The notes beneath the pieces are model-generated. The model was not told where the DNA came from. It did no database searches and saw only the letters and a program-made list of their open reading frames with translations. From the NCBI RefSeq assembly GCF_001194135.2, contig NC_068993.1:20968748-21032747 (forward strand): a DNA stretch of 64,000 bases, read 5' to 3'. The first letter of the stretch is position 1, and each line of letters starts with the position of its first letter. The stretch is from Octopus bimaculoides (lineage: Eukaryota). The position numbers and the translations under genes were made by a program. Positions 13,140 to 26,530 of the stretch are shown one piece after another.

Positions 13140-13220
13140 ATCTTCGCATAACTTTTGGAAGACACCAACTTCGGCCGTTGTCACCAGGTTCACTTTTTCC
13201 ATTTCACCAGCTATCGACAG
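13140..13220 (+). other. Candidate non-coding first exon (5' UTR)
   Basis: Contains no ATG and ends at the donor cgacag|gtaaat. The coding exon at 17629 starts at an acceptor, so an upstream exon is required. The start coordinate is approximate. Confidence 0.3.
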
Positions 13221-13304
13221 GTAAATGAGATCAGTTTCATTATTTTTCTAAATCTACTTTTGTCACTATTACATTTGCTTCACGTGAGTTGCTATCTAAT
13301 TTAT

Positions 13305-13697
13305 TCTTTTCTACTCCAGGCACAAAGCCCGAAATTTTGGGGGAGGGGGGGGGCAGTCGATTAGATCGACCCCAGTACGTAACTGGTACTTAATTTGCTG
13401 ACCCCGAAAGGATGAAAGGCAAAGTCGACCTCGGCAGAATTTGAACTCAGAACGCAAAGACAGTCGAAATACCGCTAAGTATTTCGTCCGGCGTGCTAAC
13501 GTTTCTTATTTCTTTATTGCCCACAAGGGGCTAAACATAGAGGGGACAAACAAAGACAGACAAAGGGATTAAGTCGATTACATAGACCCAGTGCGTAACT
13601 GGTACTTAATTTATCGACTCCGAAAAGACGAAAGGCAAAGTCGACCTCGGCGGAATTTGAACTCAGAAAGTAGCGGCAGACGAAATACCGTTAAGCA
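13305..13697 (-). mobile_element. Two tandem copies of the tRNA-derived SINE
   Basis: ccccgaaaggatgaaaggcaaagtcgacctcggcagaatttgaactcagaa occurs at ~13400-13450 and a near-identical copy at ~13620-13670. Confidence 0.9.
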
Positions 13698-13863
13698 NNN
13701 NNNNNNNNNNNNNNNNNNNNNNNNNNNNNNNNNNNNNNNNNNNNNNNNNNNNNNNNNNNNNNNNNNNNNNNNNNNNNNNNNNNNNNNNNNNNNNNNNNNN
13801 NNNNNNNNNNNNNNNNNNNNNNNNNNNNNNNNNNNNNNNNNNNNNNNNNNNNNNNNNNNNNNN

Positions 13864-14270
13864 CGTTACACATACATGTACGTAACCCCGCCACACTCCC
13901 ATGGTTTTTCTTTCTTTACTATCATACATACATATATACATTCATACATACATAACTATATGCATGAGAATACATACATGAAACAAAACATACAAATCTG
14001 CACATGCACTGGCTCCAAATACCGTACAAAACTGAATAATGGTATGCATACATACATACATACATACATACATACATACATACATACATACATACGTACG
14101 TACGTACATACATACATACATAAACTGACTCCAAATCTCCACATATACACAAATACATGCAGAAATGCCCTATTGATGTGGAAATTCTAGTGGAGGAGTC
14201 TTGGATCTAGGTTAGAAATCGGTTCTTTTTCTATTGCCAAGAAACCTTAATAATGGCATACATACAACAT
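13864..14270 (+). mobile_element. 3' UTR remnant of the (CATA)n-tailed R4/Dong family
   Basis: ttggatctaggttagaaa..ctattg..aagaaa matches the reverse complement of 2530-2630; interspersed (CATA)n. Confidence 0.75.
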
Positions 14271-14274
14271 ACAG

Positions 14275-14840
14275 GGTTGCTAGATGAATTCTTTGTTTTT
14301 TTCTCCACTTATTTTAATCCCATTGCCAGTTTTCACAGACGAGACAATAATATATTCTCCTTCATTGATCACGATGTCTTACCAACATTCCATTAGCTTG
14401 TCAATGCCTTGACGGTAAAAATCACTTGGATTTTACTTGAAAAATGAAGCGACCCACATTTTCAGCTCCACGTTCTTTTTTAACGAAACACCTCACATGC
14501 TGTTGGAGATTGCCCGTTAAAAATGGTGATAATCTGATGGCGCCTAGCCAGAAGGTACGGTAGAACTTCGCAACTCTGTTCTTGAGCAGTATTTTTTAAT
14601 AAAATTAGCAACGTAGGGTGGGCGTTGTCGATTTGGAGGAAGCATACTGTTACACCTGTTGGGTAAATTCAGTTGGATTACCTTACTGGGCGTATAACCC
14701 TGCATTGACTTGTAGTTGTTTTCAAGTATTTCGAAGAGGATTATCCCTTCTCAATCTCACCAAGTGCAGATCATTGTCTTGCGTCAATACAGCTCCGGCT
14801 TGGATCGAAATGTTGCTCGCTTGTTTTACGATTGCTTTTA
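14275..14840 (-). mobile_element. Degraded mariner, 3' half
   Basis: The minus strand reads SKPELY*RKTMICTW..EGII and, at the C-terminus, FYRQGIDKLMECW*DIVINEGEYII. Confidence 0.75.
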
Positions 14841-15181
14841 TTATTATCATCATATATATATATATATATACGACAGGCTTATTTTAGTTTCCGTCAACCA
14901 AATCCACTCACAATGCTTTGGTCGGCCCATGGCTATAGTAGAAGATATTTGCCGAAAGTACCACCTGGGGTCGATTTATTCGACTATTAATTCTTCAAGG
15001 CAGTGGCCCAGGGTGCCCACAGTCTAATGACTGAAATAAGTAAAATATAATATAGCGGGATGATCCTTCAAAACTTCCATGCTTCCTGAAATCCGCCAAC
15101 AGTACACCAGATGGCTTCTTTTTTCTTAGTTGTAGTTGTAGCACTGTATGCTACAATTTCTTATACACACACACACGCACG

Positions 15182-15219
<38 letters not shown>

Positions 15220-15579
15220 CGTCCACCCTCTATTTAGAAATCGGAGGTAGGTACCAAAGATGTCTCTTCACAATGTCGTACAAATTCTCGATTGCACCTT
15301 ATGAGTCTGGAAGATAGCATCCACATCATCAGCAGATGACCAAAATTACCTGCAAAGTACTATAATCTCAAGAGACACAGCATTGTTTCTAAATCAATTC
15401 ACAATACTATCTGAAGGAAATATTTCCTGGTTTTTTTACAAAATGTACTCCTGTACGAGGATCTATCGATATTTTCAAAAGTGCGGAATAGTTGGGCTAA
15501 TATACCCAACCGCTCCATTATACTATATCGCTACATTAATTCTCACATACAAATCTTTGGAATTATATAGTCTGTAACT

Positions 15580-16460
15580 AAGGAACTTGGTTAAGTTGTT
15601 GCACAAGAACGCCATTTCGCATATTCGGTCTTTTTTGCTGAATAGCTTCGTTGAGTCGGTGCAGTTGTTGAACATGCAGTATTGAGTGTTTGATTGCACT
15701 CTAGCAGTTCGCAATGATTTAAACCTTCCCAGTCCCATCATACACACAACATGGTCTATCGAGGATGAAGGTCTTGTTTTGCTCGCGGTTTCGCTTGTTT
15801 GTTGGAACTGAGCTATTCTTTTCGCAACTTCATTTTTCCTCACCAGTGACTATGTGGTAAAGAAAACACTATTTGTGACCATGTGTTGAGCAGTGTCAAA
15901 CGAGCCAACTGGCGCCGATTGTGGAGCATTGATTTTTGTTGTTTTCGCTCATTGAATGAAGGTGTTTCACCACAGCTTTTTTTTTATCACAGTCTATCTG
16001 CTCCGCCAATTCTCTGGTCGTTTGACGTAGATTTTCGTGAAGAAGTTGATTCAATCGCTCTTCATCGAACTCAATTGGTCGATCGGTGTGTGATCCATCC
16101 TTGAGGTAAAAAATTCCCATTTTCAACCGCGAAAACGAACGGCGGGCGGTACTTTGAGACATTGCTCCTTCTCCATACACAGCACAAATCTCACGAGCAG
16201 CTTTGGCGGCCTTAACACCTCGATTAAATGCAAAAAATAAATGATGTCGAAAATACTCAGTTTTGTCCACTTGAAATTCCATTTTAATGATCTAAAAATA
16301 CACAAAAATCAATAAAATTAAAAAAAAATCAAAACACACTACAGCAAAAAGTTCTCTTTTAAATAACATAACATTTTGCCTATGAGTTTTATTTCCGCGT
16401 GCATTCTTTAATTTGAAAAAAAAACAAAAAAACCGCTAATGAATTATTCCTCAACTCAAT
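15580..16460 (-). mobile_element. Degraded mariner, 5' two-thirds with left TIR
   Basis: ORF 15896-16282 is a mariner HTH N-terminus (FRHHLFFAFNRGVKAAKAAREICAVYGEG). It continues as HIVTGEEK..QQLHRLNEAIQQKRP. TIR-like attgagttgaggaataattcattagcgg at 16460. Confidence 0.9.
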
Positions 16461-16499
16461 GGATAGTTCTCAATTTCTTTATAAGAAATATTGATTTCG

Positions 16500-16900
16500 A
16501 AATTTGGCACAAGGCCAGCGATTGTGAGGTAGGAGATCAGCCGATAATATCGACCTCAGTGATCAACTGGTACTTATTTTATCGACCCCGAAAGGATGAA
16601 AGGCAAAGTCGACCCCGCCGGGATTTGAACTCAAATGTAAAGACGGAAGAAATGTTGCTCAGCATTTTGCCCGCTGGGCTAACCTTTATAAGGAATATTA
16701 CTACGAGAAGGCAGAGTCGTTACCGCGTCGAACAAAATGCTTGGCATTTCTTCTGATTTAACATTTTAAGTTCAAATGCCACCGAGGTCAACTTTGCCAT
16801 TCATCCTTTCGGGGTCTATAAAATTAAGTACCAGTCGAGACTGGGGTAGATATAATCAATAAGTCATTGCTCCACCCAAATTTCAGTGCTTGTACCTATT
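16500..16900. mobile_element. Head-to-head inverted pair of tRNA-derived SINEs
   Basis: Minus copy ~16500-16685 (gaaaggatgaaaggcaaagtcgac); plus copy ~16710-16900 (gaggtcaactttgccattcatcctttcgggg). Confidence 0.8.
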
Positions 16901-17004
16901 GTAGAAAGAATTATAACAACTGCTTGCTTTGGTAAACTGTGCAAATTTACAACCACTACCTGAAGTTAAATTAGCTCTTCTTTATTGTGGAACCGTTTTA
17001 CATT

Positions 17005-17387
17005 TTTTGCTGGCACTCCGTCGTTTACGACGTCGAGGGTTCCAGTTGATCCGATCAACGGAACAGCCTGCTCGTGAAATTAACGTTCAAGTAGCTGAGC
17101 ACTCCACAGAAACGTGTACCGTTAACATAGTTCTCGGGGATATTCAGCGTGACACAGTGTGACAAGGCTGACCCTTTGAATTACAGGCACAACAGAAACA
17201 GGAAGTAAGAGTGAGAGAAAGTTGTGGTGGAAGAGTACAGCAGGGTTCACCACCATCTCCTGCCGGAGCCTCGTGGAGCTTTAGGTGTTTTCGCTCAATA
17301 AACACCCACAGCGCCCGGTCTGGGAATCAAAACCGTGATCCTATGACTGCGAGTCCGCTGCCCTAACCACTGGGCCATTGCGCCTCC
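17005..17387 (-). mobile_element. tRNA-derived SINE with a 13-bp target-site duplication
   Basis: Head ggaggcgcaatggcccagtggttagggcagcggactcgcagtc (A/B-box like). Exact TSD ACCGTTTTACATT at 16992-17004 and 17388-17400. Confidence 0.9.
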
Positions 17388-17645
17388 ACCGTTTTACATT
17401 ATACCAGCACATTACACCACCGTTCAGTTTTAAATCTGTACAAATTATAGCATTAAGTTATATGCACCATGGAGACACCGAAATATAAAACTGATATTAC
17501 ATATGCTGTATTCAATGTATAAATGGCACCAACCACACACCTTTTCATATAAATATAAATAATAACTAATTATATTTTTGTACAACATCAACAAATTATT
17601 CATTTCTCTTTTAAATCTTCTTTTACAGAGTAACGCGATTCCATA

Positions 17646-17787
17646 ATGAACGCCTTGAACACCTTCAGTTTGGTAACTTTTATATTCATCTACTCTCTTT
17701 CGGTGTATATTACTGAAGCTGTACCACTGAATGAAGAACGTATGGAAGCGCCCCGTATGGGCAAGGATACCAAGACTTCCATTTTGA
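17646..17787 (+). CDS. First coding exon of a candidate secreted prepropeptide (signal peptide plus pro-region)
   Basis: Acceptor tcttcttttacag ends at 17628, ATG at 17646, donor gtgagt at 17788 (phase 1). Encodes MNALNTFSLVTFIFIYSLSVYITEA-VPLNEERMEAPRMGKDTKTSIL, with a hydrophobic core and a TEA|VP cleavage site. Confidence 0.7.
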
Positions 17788-18081
17788 GTGAGTATATATG
17801 CATGTATATGAGCATAAATGTATGTACGTATGTATGTATGTATGTATGTATGTATGTATGTATGTATGCATGTACGCATATATGAATGTATGCATCTATG
17901 TATTATGTATGCTTTCGTGCATGCATTAATATATATGTATGTATGTATGTATGTGTATGCGTGTGCGTGCGTGAGTGCAAAATTTCGCACAGGCATTGCT
18001 GCTTAATTTTTAACTTTGCTTTTTATTTTCTCGCTACTAGTGTCACAAGTTCACGACTGGACGGCCACCACACACACACAC

Positions 18082-18172
<91 letters not shown>

Positions 18173-19184
18173 TAGAGAGAGAATGAATTAGAAGCTCAAT
18201 GTACGTGTTTTACTTGTTCGACGGTATGCTGCAGAGTCCGTATGCGAGTTTATCCTGTCCCAGTAGTTTTCTCCTTAAACAGCTAATTAAGAAAGCTGCT
18301 AGTTGAACTCCTGAATGAGGTTTCTGCAGTGGTTTTTGTGTTTGGTGTAACAGAGGCCATCTATGCAGGTATAGTAAAGGCATATATCTCTAGGAAATCG
18401 ACTAGAGCTCTCCAGTTCAGTGTGTGGGTTTGTATTCAAGCTGCCTTGTACCACTCGAGTCTATTAAAGAGTTTTTGCTCATCTGGATTTCAGAGCTCGT
18501 GATCAAGCTCGAATAACGTATACTTTGTGTATTGCGTTTAATAAACTGCCAAACTGCGTTTTCTCTGCTAGTCTATCGTATGCGATTATTTTTCTATTTG
18601 CCTCTTCAAATCGGCTGCTCATTCTCTAGTTTGTTATCTATTGCTATAGTTTTCAATCTGACGAATTATCCCCTAATATTCCTCTAGAATTATATCCACC
18701 AATCATTTGTCATAACCTGGATCAGTCATTTTCGGTTTATTGTTTTACTAACCAAGTCCTTGAAAACTCTCTGTACCGAGAAAAAATTTAGCTTCTTTAG
18801 TATCGAGAAAGAATTTAGATCCGAGAGAGAGTAAAAGTTTTCAAAAAATTTTGTGAAATATTAAAATCCAAAGCAGAAACACGATGAAGTCGTACTAAGT
18901 CAATGTCTTACTCTGTAAAGCAAAGAAGAATGGTAGAGAAAGGAGAGAAGAATATATTAGAAAAAAATTGTGGATATATTTTTGAAGAGAATAGCATGGT
19001 GAACAATGGCAACCGTTCCTACAACTAAATTCTTCACATGGGATGCCATGGAGGAATTAGAGGTAGAAACGGTTGTGTGTGTTTGTGTATGTATGAGTTT
19101 TATGGACCTATGTATGCCTGTGTATGAGTGTGTAAGTAATAAGAGGTGTAAGACTTTGTGTGCTAATGTGTGTGAATGTAGTGA

Positions 19185-19218
<34 letters not shown>

Positions 19219-20239
19219 AGTAGTGGATAGTGAATGAGGGACAATGAGAGACATTTTGGATATATTCACGATTCGGTAATCTTCCATCTCGCATTATCAA
19301 GCTTTACGTCTTTTTCTATCCGACTCTACGACCTCTCGTAACGTTCCTGGACACCCTCACTATTTCTTCAGACGCAACTGCACCTCTATGACATTCTAAT
19401 TCACTGTTCTTCAATACTTTGTCACATCCACCTTGGAATATATTTAACATCTGTCCATTTGTTAAGGTTATCGCTTTCCGATACGGTCTCAGGTAGTTTT
19501 CAATGTCATTTACCTGCATCCCCGAAAGCGTATATTTTATCAAGGTTCGTCTTCGTCTCTGTGGGTCATTATGAATAGGATAAGCCGATCGGACGTTAGT
19601 CGATTGTGTTAAGGATCATTTGTTGGGTGTTTAACGAAATGGCAATGGGTCACTAAAAACTATGCCCAGACATTTCATTTCTTTAGGTCACTACATCATT
19701 TTACTTGTGGTTTCTAACAGCACTTCAATCTAGTGCTTCCCAACTCCTTCGTGAACAACAGCTAAATTTTCACCTAGGACAAGCCTCGCAACAAGGTATC
19801 ATTAGTTTTCATCTAATTCCAAGCACAAAGAAATGTCTTCTGATGCACTACTCACCGGTTCATTTCCAATTATCCACTCCAGGTACACGCATCTTGTTTT
19901 TATATATAAATGATTTTGCCTTCCATCTGTTAGGGTTACAATTTACTGTGTCAAGATCACATACAACACACAATTACGCTGTATCATGGCTATAAGGCAC
20001 TTATACACCATTAGGCTATTATGCCAGTGACGCTCACTCGCGAACAGTATCTCCACTTCCTCTTTTCTTCTCCATGAATAATATCTACTCTTTTATATTC
20101 ACTCACACATACTCACACGTGTGGATACACAAACATTTACGCATATATTTACATACATCTCACACGCATACGCACACATAACCTCTCATGTATTTAATTA
20201 CTCATTTTTACAGAGACATACACATGCACCCATACTCAC

Positions 20240-21045
20240 ACATATTCATACACTACTTAAAATCGAAAAATGCGCCAGGCTGACCAACAGCCTGAGGAAA
20301 GCAAACAACTGGGTCAAGGCTCTCGCCAGAGGTTTTGTGGGCGAATGATCTAACGGAACAACTCTCAGTCTCTGAGGAGAATAGGACCAAAACCCTAAAG
20401 ACAATTACAGAGATAGTGGAGAGACGCAAAAACGCAATTACTTATGGATTAACTTGTATGAACCAAGCACCTGTTTTTCTCTGGCTAGGCAAAGGAAGCT
20501 TGGCAAAGGAAGGTCACCGGGAAGATCATGATGATCATGTCTTTCGACAGCAAGGATATCGTCCACATCCACTGAGTATCTTCTGGCCAGACGGTCAACA
20601 AAGAGTACTTTGTGGAGATTTCGGGTGAGTTCAAAAAGAGATTTCATCGTAAAAAGCCAGAGCATCTGCACTTGGACAATGCGCCAGTCCACAGTTACAT
20701 CCTGATAAACAACAACTTGACAGAAATTGGCTTCAAAACAGTCCCCCCACCCTCCTTACAGTTCAAACTTTGATCCTTGTGACTTTTGGTTGTTTCCCAA
20801 AGTGAAGGAAAACTTCAGACTTCAGGGGCATCCGTTTTCAAGATGAAGGAGGCTGTAACAAGTGTCCTGGACACCTTCACTTTGGATGACTTCCATGGGG
20901 CCTTATGCAGTGGCTGGAGCGCTACAAATAATTCATTGAAATCAGAAGGCCCTACTTTGAAGGAAATTTGAATCTTCTACTTATTTGAAATTAATAAAGA
21001 TCGCCCCTGAAAAAGTATCAAAACTTCTGGAATACACATTGTATG
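20240..21045 (+). mobile_element. Degraded mariner, 3' part
   Basis: Frameshifted GKIMMIMSFDSKDIVH..HLDNAPVH..DPCDFWLFPKVKE..WLERYK, followed by a terminal aaaacttctggaatacac. Confidence 0.85.
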
Positions 21046-21067
21046 TCTATATTTTACATTTCTTTAG

Positions 21068-21786
21068 TGACAGAGGCTGTATTAATACCGTGAGATAATA
21101 TTTATCTCCACTTAAATGTGGTTGTTCTGTTAGAAAAATAAATCTATACTGCGATAGTTACCACGAGAGAAACTCACATATTGGTTTTTGGTTCAAAATG
21201 CACTCTTGTTTATATCGCTAGCAGGTAGATGATTCCCCGTTACCCTCAGCGCTGAGACCAATCAGATCACGGGATTTCGAACTTCCTTGGTCTTGTCAAT
21301 GATGGACGTTCGACCACTAGAGATAGCAGCGATTCATCTTCGCCAGCGATATATAGATTTACAGTGCCAGAAAAGGCGATGGAATGACGATGGCCCATAT
21401 GAGTTTGTTCTACCAAAACAACCACGTTTAAGTGGGGATAAATATCACCTCCCGGTATTAATATCACCTCTGTCACAAATAATTGTTTTTGATAAGCTCG
21501 CGGGCTAATTGCGACACCAGTGCCTGTCCTGGCGCTGTTTTTCTATATATCGCTGGCGGGAAGATGAGTCGCTGCAATCTCTAGCAGTCGAACGTCCAAC
21601 ATTGATATGACCGGGAAAGGTCGAAATCACGTGATCTAGTAGTCTCGGCGCTGGGGATAGTAGTGATAGAAGCAAGAGTGCATTTGCACCAAAAGGCAGT
21701 AAGTGAGTTTCACTTGTGGCAACTACAGCAGTATAGTTTGGTCTAACAGAACAACTATCTTTAAGTGGGGATAAATATTGCCTCCA
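21068..21786. mobile_element. Composite foldback/MITE-like element
   Basis: TIRs gtgacagagg..tattaataccg..atttatctccacttaaa (21068-21115) and their complement (~21428-21476). In addition, 21530-21786 is an inverted copy of ~21085-21360. Confidence 0.75.
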
Positions 21787-21973
21787 AGCAGGAGAAGAAA
21801 CACACCATTGTCATATGTAGAAAATCAGAACATAAGCAGTCTGTAATACATATATACCTACATACATACATGCATATACACGCGTATGTATGTATGTATG
21901 TATGTATGTATGTATGTATGTATGTATGTATGTATGTATGTATGCATGTATGTATGTATGTATGTATTATGTA

Positions 21974-22010
<37 letters not shown>

Positions 22011-22029
22011 ATGTATGTATGTATGTATT

Positions 22030-24962
22030 AACTTTCAAAGCCAAATAACTTTGATCTGCCAAACTAAACAAAATACCACCAGACACGGTATTAAAAGCTA
22101 TTATGCAGAACATAAACGACGTTCAAAAAGTAAGCAGAACCGAAAAAACGAAGAAAGTGCCATCATGGGTTTTGAAGACAGTGGAAAAGATAACTAATTT
22201 ACGGAAGACCATCAGCCATGTGATGATGCTTATTGCGTACAAACAAACAAATTACTATACGTCTCACCAGCAAAAGTGAAGGAGTTAGAAGTGATGTTTG
22301 GGGACAATAAAAAGAGGACTCTCACTTGCAAACCCTCAAGCAGGAGCTTAAAAGCTGTCAGTGAGAAACTCTGACATCAGAAGAGAATAACGGAGAGAAA
22401 AACAATAAACAAAATATTCAACCGGATCCAGGTAACAATGTACAGAGACACGAGAGAAGACGCATTGAATATCATAGAAGTTCTTTCACGAGAAGACATA
22501 GACTCCTTTTGGAGGGAAATTTGGAACGAAGAGATGGAGTTTAACCAAGATGTTCTGTGGATGCAAGAAATTCGAAGAAGTTATTGTCTCTACATTACAC
22601 CAAAGACATACAACATTGATGGTGATACCCCAATGAACGTAATCCAGAAACTTCAGTATGGAAAAGCACCTGGAAGAGACTTGATTGTTGGATATAGTTA
22701 CACAAGAAGCTAACCTTCTACCGACCATATCTTATTAACCTGTACCAGCAAGCTCTCAATGGGAATAGCTGCATACCAGAATGGGTAACTCTGGCAGAGA
22801 CAAAACTGATCCTCAAATGCAGAACTACCCACATGGCGAAAAACTACCAGCCAATTGCATGTCAGAACTTAATGTATAAAATATATACAGCACGTTTAAA
22901 TCTCTTCCTTCAAAACCATTGTGAAAGTGATAACACCATCACTGCAGAAGAAGCTTCTGGGCAGAAGGGAGTCTGGGGATATGCCGAGCAATTGTTAAGA
23001 AACAAAACTGTAACGTCAGAGGTGCGGGAACATAGAAGGAATTTGGTCTCAATATAGCTGGACTACAAGAAAGCCTTTGAATCTGCCCCCACTCATGGAT
23101 GCAAGAAGCCCTTCGACTTGCTAAAGTTCCAGTGAGTATAGTCAAAGCCTGACTTCATCGTGGGCCACCATCTTGACATTAAACACAAATAGTGATTGTA
23201 TTGTCACTGATAGAATACAATATCGCAGGGGCATATTCCAAGGAGACAGCCTCTCTGTGATGTTTATATTTTCTGTAAACCCCTTGCTATTCATGTTAAG
23301 AAAGTCTGAAGGATATCTCACTGGTTAACAAGGAAGTAGAAATACCAAAATTACACACTGTTTCTTTATGGATGACTTAAAACTATATGCCAAGAACATG
23401 CATGAAATGGAAAAGAATCTTGACCTCGTTACAACATTCTCAAAGGATATAAGGTTGGAGTTTGGTCAAGATAAATGTTGCTATATGGTTGTGAAAAGGG
23501 AAAACTGTAAATCAGACTAGCAACATCTCCGTCAATGACTTAACTTTTTCCCCTACATCTGATGAGGAATGCTACAGGTATCTTGGGGTGAATGAAAGCA
23601 TATCTTACAATGGCACCTGTAACAAAATACGTGTCACTAAAGAATATTACGTCCCAATAAAGAAGACTTGGACCTCAGAACTCTATGAATTCAATAAAAC
23701 AGTGGTCCACAATATGTTTGCAGTGCCAGTACTTATACCAGCATTTGGACTGTTTGATTTGGCGCCTGATGAGATCCGAGCCATTGATGTGAAAACCCGG
23801 AAGATACTAACTAGCACATATAATTTCCACATCACAAGTGATGTAGACCGCCACTACCTAAAACGAAAACAAAGGGGCAAAGGCTTAACATAGAACGGGA
23901 CTACCTTTGAATGTCATATCATATCCCTCCGAAAACACCTTTTAACCACCAAGTGATGAAGCGCATCCCTTGTCCAAGATTGCATACATGAGACTGATAA
24001 CAACATACGAATTGGAAAGCAGCTCCTTGTCTGATAACCTTAAATACATACCCAAAGAAGTCACACGACTCTACCGCAATGTATCATCAGATGAAAGGAT
24101 AAGCCTATATGAGCAGAAGACTATGCATGGATATGTTAGTAGAAAACTCCGAGATGATAGTAACGTTGATCATCAAAGCAGTCTATCATGGACCAAGAAC
24201 TGGATCACTGACTCACAATTTGAAGGGTATGCGTTTGAAATCCAGGAACAGGGAATATCAAGCACATACCTGATGCACAAAAGGGACAGAAACGCAGAAA
24301 AAGCTGCACATGTGATAACTGACACAGACGTTTTGAAGTTAACACTGAAGGTATCACTCATCATAAGCAGTTGCCCAAAAATATCATCACGGTGTTATCT
24401 ACCTATGAGACATGATGCTGTAACTAGAACACTGTATAATGAGATCCGTCGGAAGGATAACTCCAAGGCCAAAGAAATAAGAACTCACAGTATTGTAGAA
24501 ACCGTAGCCACTCTAAGGATTGTCCCAGTGGAAACCTCGATAAAATATAAACATAATCGACTTGGTATAATGATTCGGGATAGAGAAGAGAAACTGTGTT
24601 CAGCTTTGGAAATCAGCTGCCCAGTATTTGTTAACATAAAGCTAAAGGTCAGGGAAAAAGAAAATGCCTACGCTGAACTACGGAGAAATCTACAGTTACT
24701 CTATCCATATTAAAAGTTCAGGTAACTATTGGGGCACTGAGATATGTAACCCATTGCCTAAGTACCAATCTTGAGAAATTGGGCTTTTCAAAATCAGAAA
24801 GAAGAAAGCTGATTCGAAGACTACAGATCCAGGCCAGCACTGGAACTAAAAATCTGTAAAACTTTCCAGACGTTTATCATTTAAGTATATACAAGCATGT
24901 CTAGACATGCAACTATATGCATGAGAATACATACACAAAACAAAACATACAAATCTGCACAC
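22030..24962 (+). mobile_element. R4/Dong-type non-LTR retrotransposon, near-complete ORF but decayed
   Basis: KAPGRD, NYQPIACQNLMYKIYT, DYKKAFES, RGIFQGDSLS, THCFFMDDLKLYA, thumb region, C..I.S.CPK..RHDAV and RLE KHNR..EISCP. Many stops and frameshifts; followed by (TATC)n. Confidence 0.92.
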
Positions 24963-25022
<60 letters not shown>

Positions 25023-25023
25023 G

Positions 25024-25073
<50 letters not shown>

Positions 25074-25282
25074 AGTAAGGTTCAGCTGAATTAGGTACTT
25101 ACATTGAGGCATTTCGAATGTCCTTTATTTTGAAGTTCATGAATTCATCTGACGAAAACTGTTTCTTTACAATGATCAATGTTACTATCATCTCGGAGCT
25201 TTTTACTAACATATCCCTGCATAGTCTTCTCCTCATATAGCTCATCCTTTCATCTGATGTTATCACTTTCTCTCCATATAAA

Positions 25283-25770
25283 TGTAAAGTCATAAATGAC
25301 AGAGGAATAGTTCATTGAAATTTTGTTCAACAATTAGAAAGTTCAAATATCACGACAAATTGTTTTGTAACTTAAAAACATGTAAATAATTTATATTATA
25401 TTTAATAATAAGTATATTACTTACATGTCTGCATTAATGCAAAATGCAAAAATTTTTTCAAAATAATGCAGAATTTAAGCTACGTCCTCAGGTAAAAGAA
25501 ATTTGAATTTAGCAAAGAATTTCTTTCACCCAAGGACGTAGCTTAAATTCGGCATTATTTTGAAAGATTTTTTGCATTTTGCAAAAAATGCAGACATGTA
25601 AATAATTTATTTAATGCAGACATGTAAATAATTTATTTATTATTAAATATAAGAATACAAATTATTTACATATTTTTATGTCACGAAAAATTTTGTCGTG
25701 ATATTAGAATCTTCTTATTGTTAAATAAAATTTCATCAAACCATTTCTCTGTCATTTATGACTTTATACA
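25283..25770. mobile_element. ~490-bp imperfect palindrome (foldback/MITE-like)
   Basis: Ends tgtaaagtcataaatgacagag and ctctgtcatttatgactttataca. Inner pair gcagaatttaagctacgtcct / aggacgtagcttaaattcggc; centre near 25520. Confidence 0.85.
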
Positions 25771-25877
25771 ACTTATCCCTTTATCTTGTGTCGTACTGTA
25801 TATTCTATATGCTTTGTCGAATGATACATTAAGGAGCTTCCTTTTATGAGAACTACCGGATTACTGGAATCCATATT

Positions 25878-26317
25878 TCTTTTATCTGTTACTTGTTCCA
25901 GTCATTAAACTGCGGTCAAGGAACACTGCATTGAAGAATTTTTAGCCGAATTAACTGATTCCGGGACTTATTTTCTTAGAACCTGGTACTTGTTTTATTA
26001 GTTCTTTTGTCAAACCGTTAAGTTACGGGAACATAAACACACCAACACCGGTTGTCAAGTGGTGATGGAAGTGCGTGTGTGTGTGTGTGTGTGTGTGTAT
26101 ACACACACACACACTCACACACACACACTCACACACACACACTCACACACACACACTCACACACACACACTCACACACACACACTCACACACACACACTC
26201 ACNNNNNNNNNNNNNNNNNNNNNNNNNNNNNNNNNNNNNNNNNNNNNNNNNNNNNNNNNNNNNNNNNNNNNNNNNNNNNNNNNNNNNNNNNNNNNNNNNN
26301 NNNNNNNNNNNNNNNAC

Positions 26318-26370
<53 letters not shown>

Positions 26371-26530
26371 ACGGGCTTCTTTCAGGTTTCTATCTACGAA
26401 ATCCACTCACAAGATTTTGGTTGGCTCAAGGCTATAGTGGAAGACATCTGACCAAGCTTCCACGCTATGGGACCGAATCTGGAACCATGTGATTCAGAAG
26501 CAAACTTTTTACCACACTGCCACGTCTACG
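25878..26530 (-). mobile_element. CORE-like tRNA-derived SINE with expanded (CA)n/(CACT)n spanning a gap
   Basis: Same head and body as 9130-9620. Confidence 0.8.

Noticed and set aside
13211-13220. 10-nt microexon (caccag|CTATCGACAG|gtaaat)
   Set aside because: Not a multiple of 3 and explained more simply as the end of a longer UTR exon; cannot be supported separately.
17730-17766. Assignment of the precursor to small cardioactive peptide (SCP) from PRMG
   Set aside because: It lacks the YLAFPRM-type core and dibasic flanks typical of SCP; only the last three residues match.
19705-20030. CR1/L2-like RT remnant (LFLYINDF, YASDA)
   Set aside because: Only two weak motif echoes; too degraded to call.
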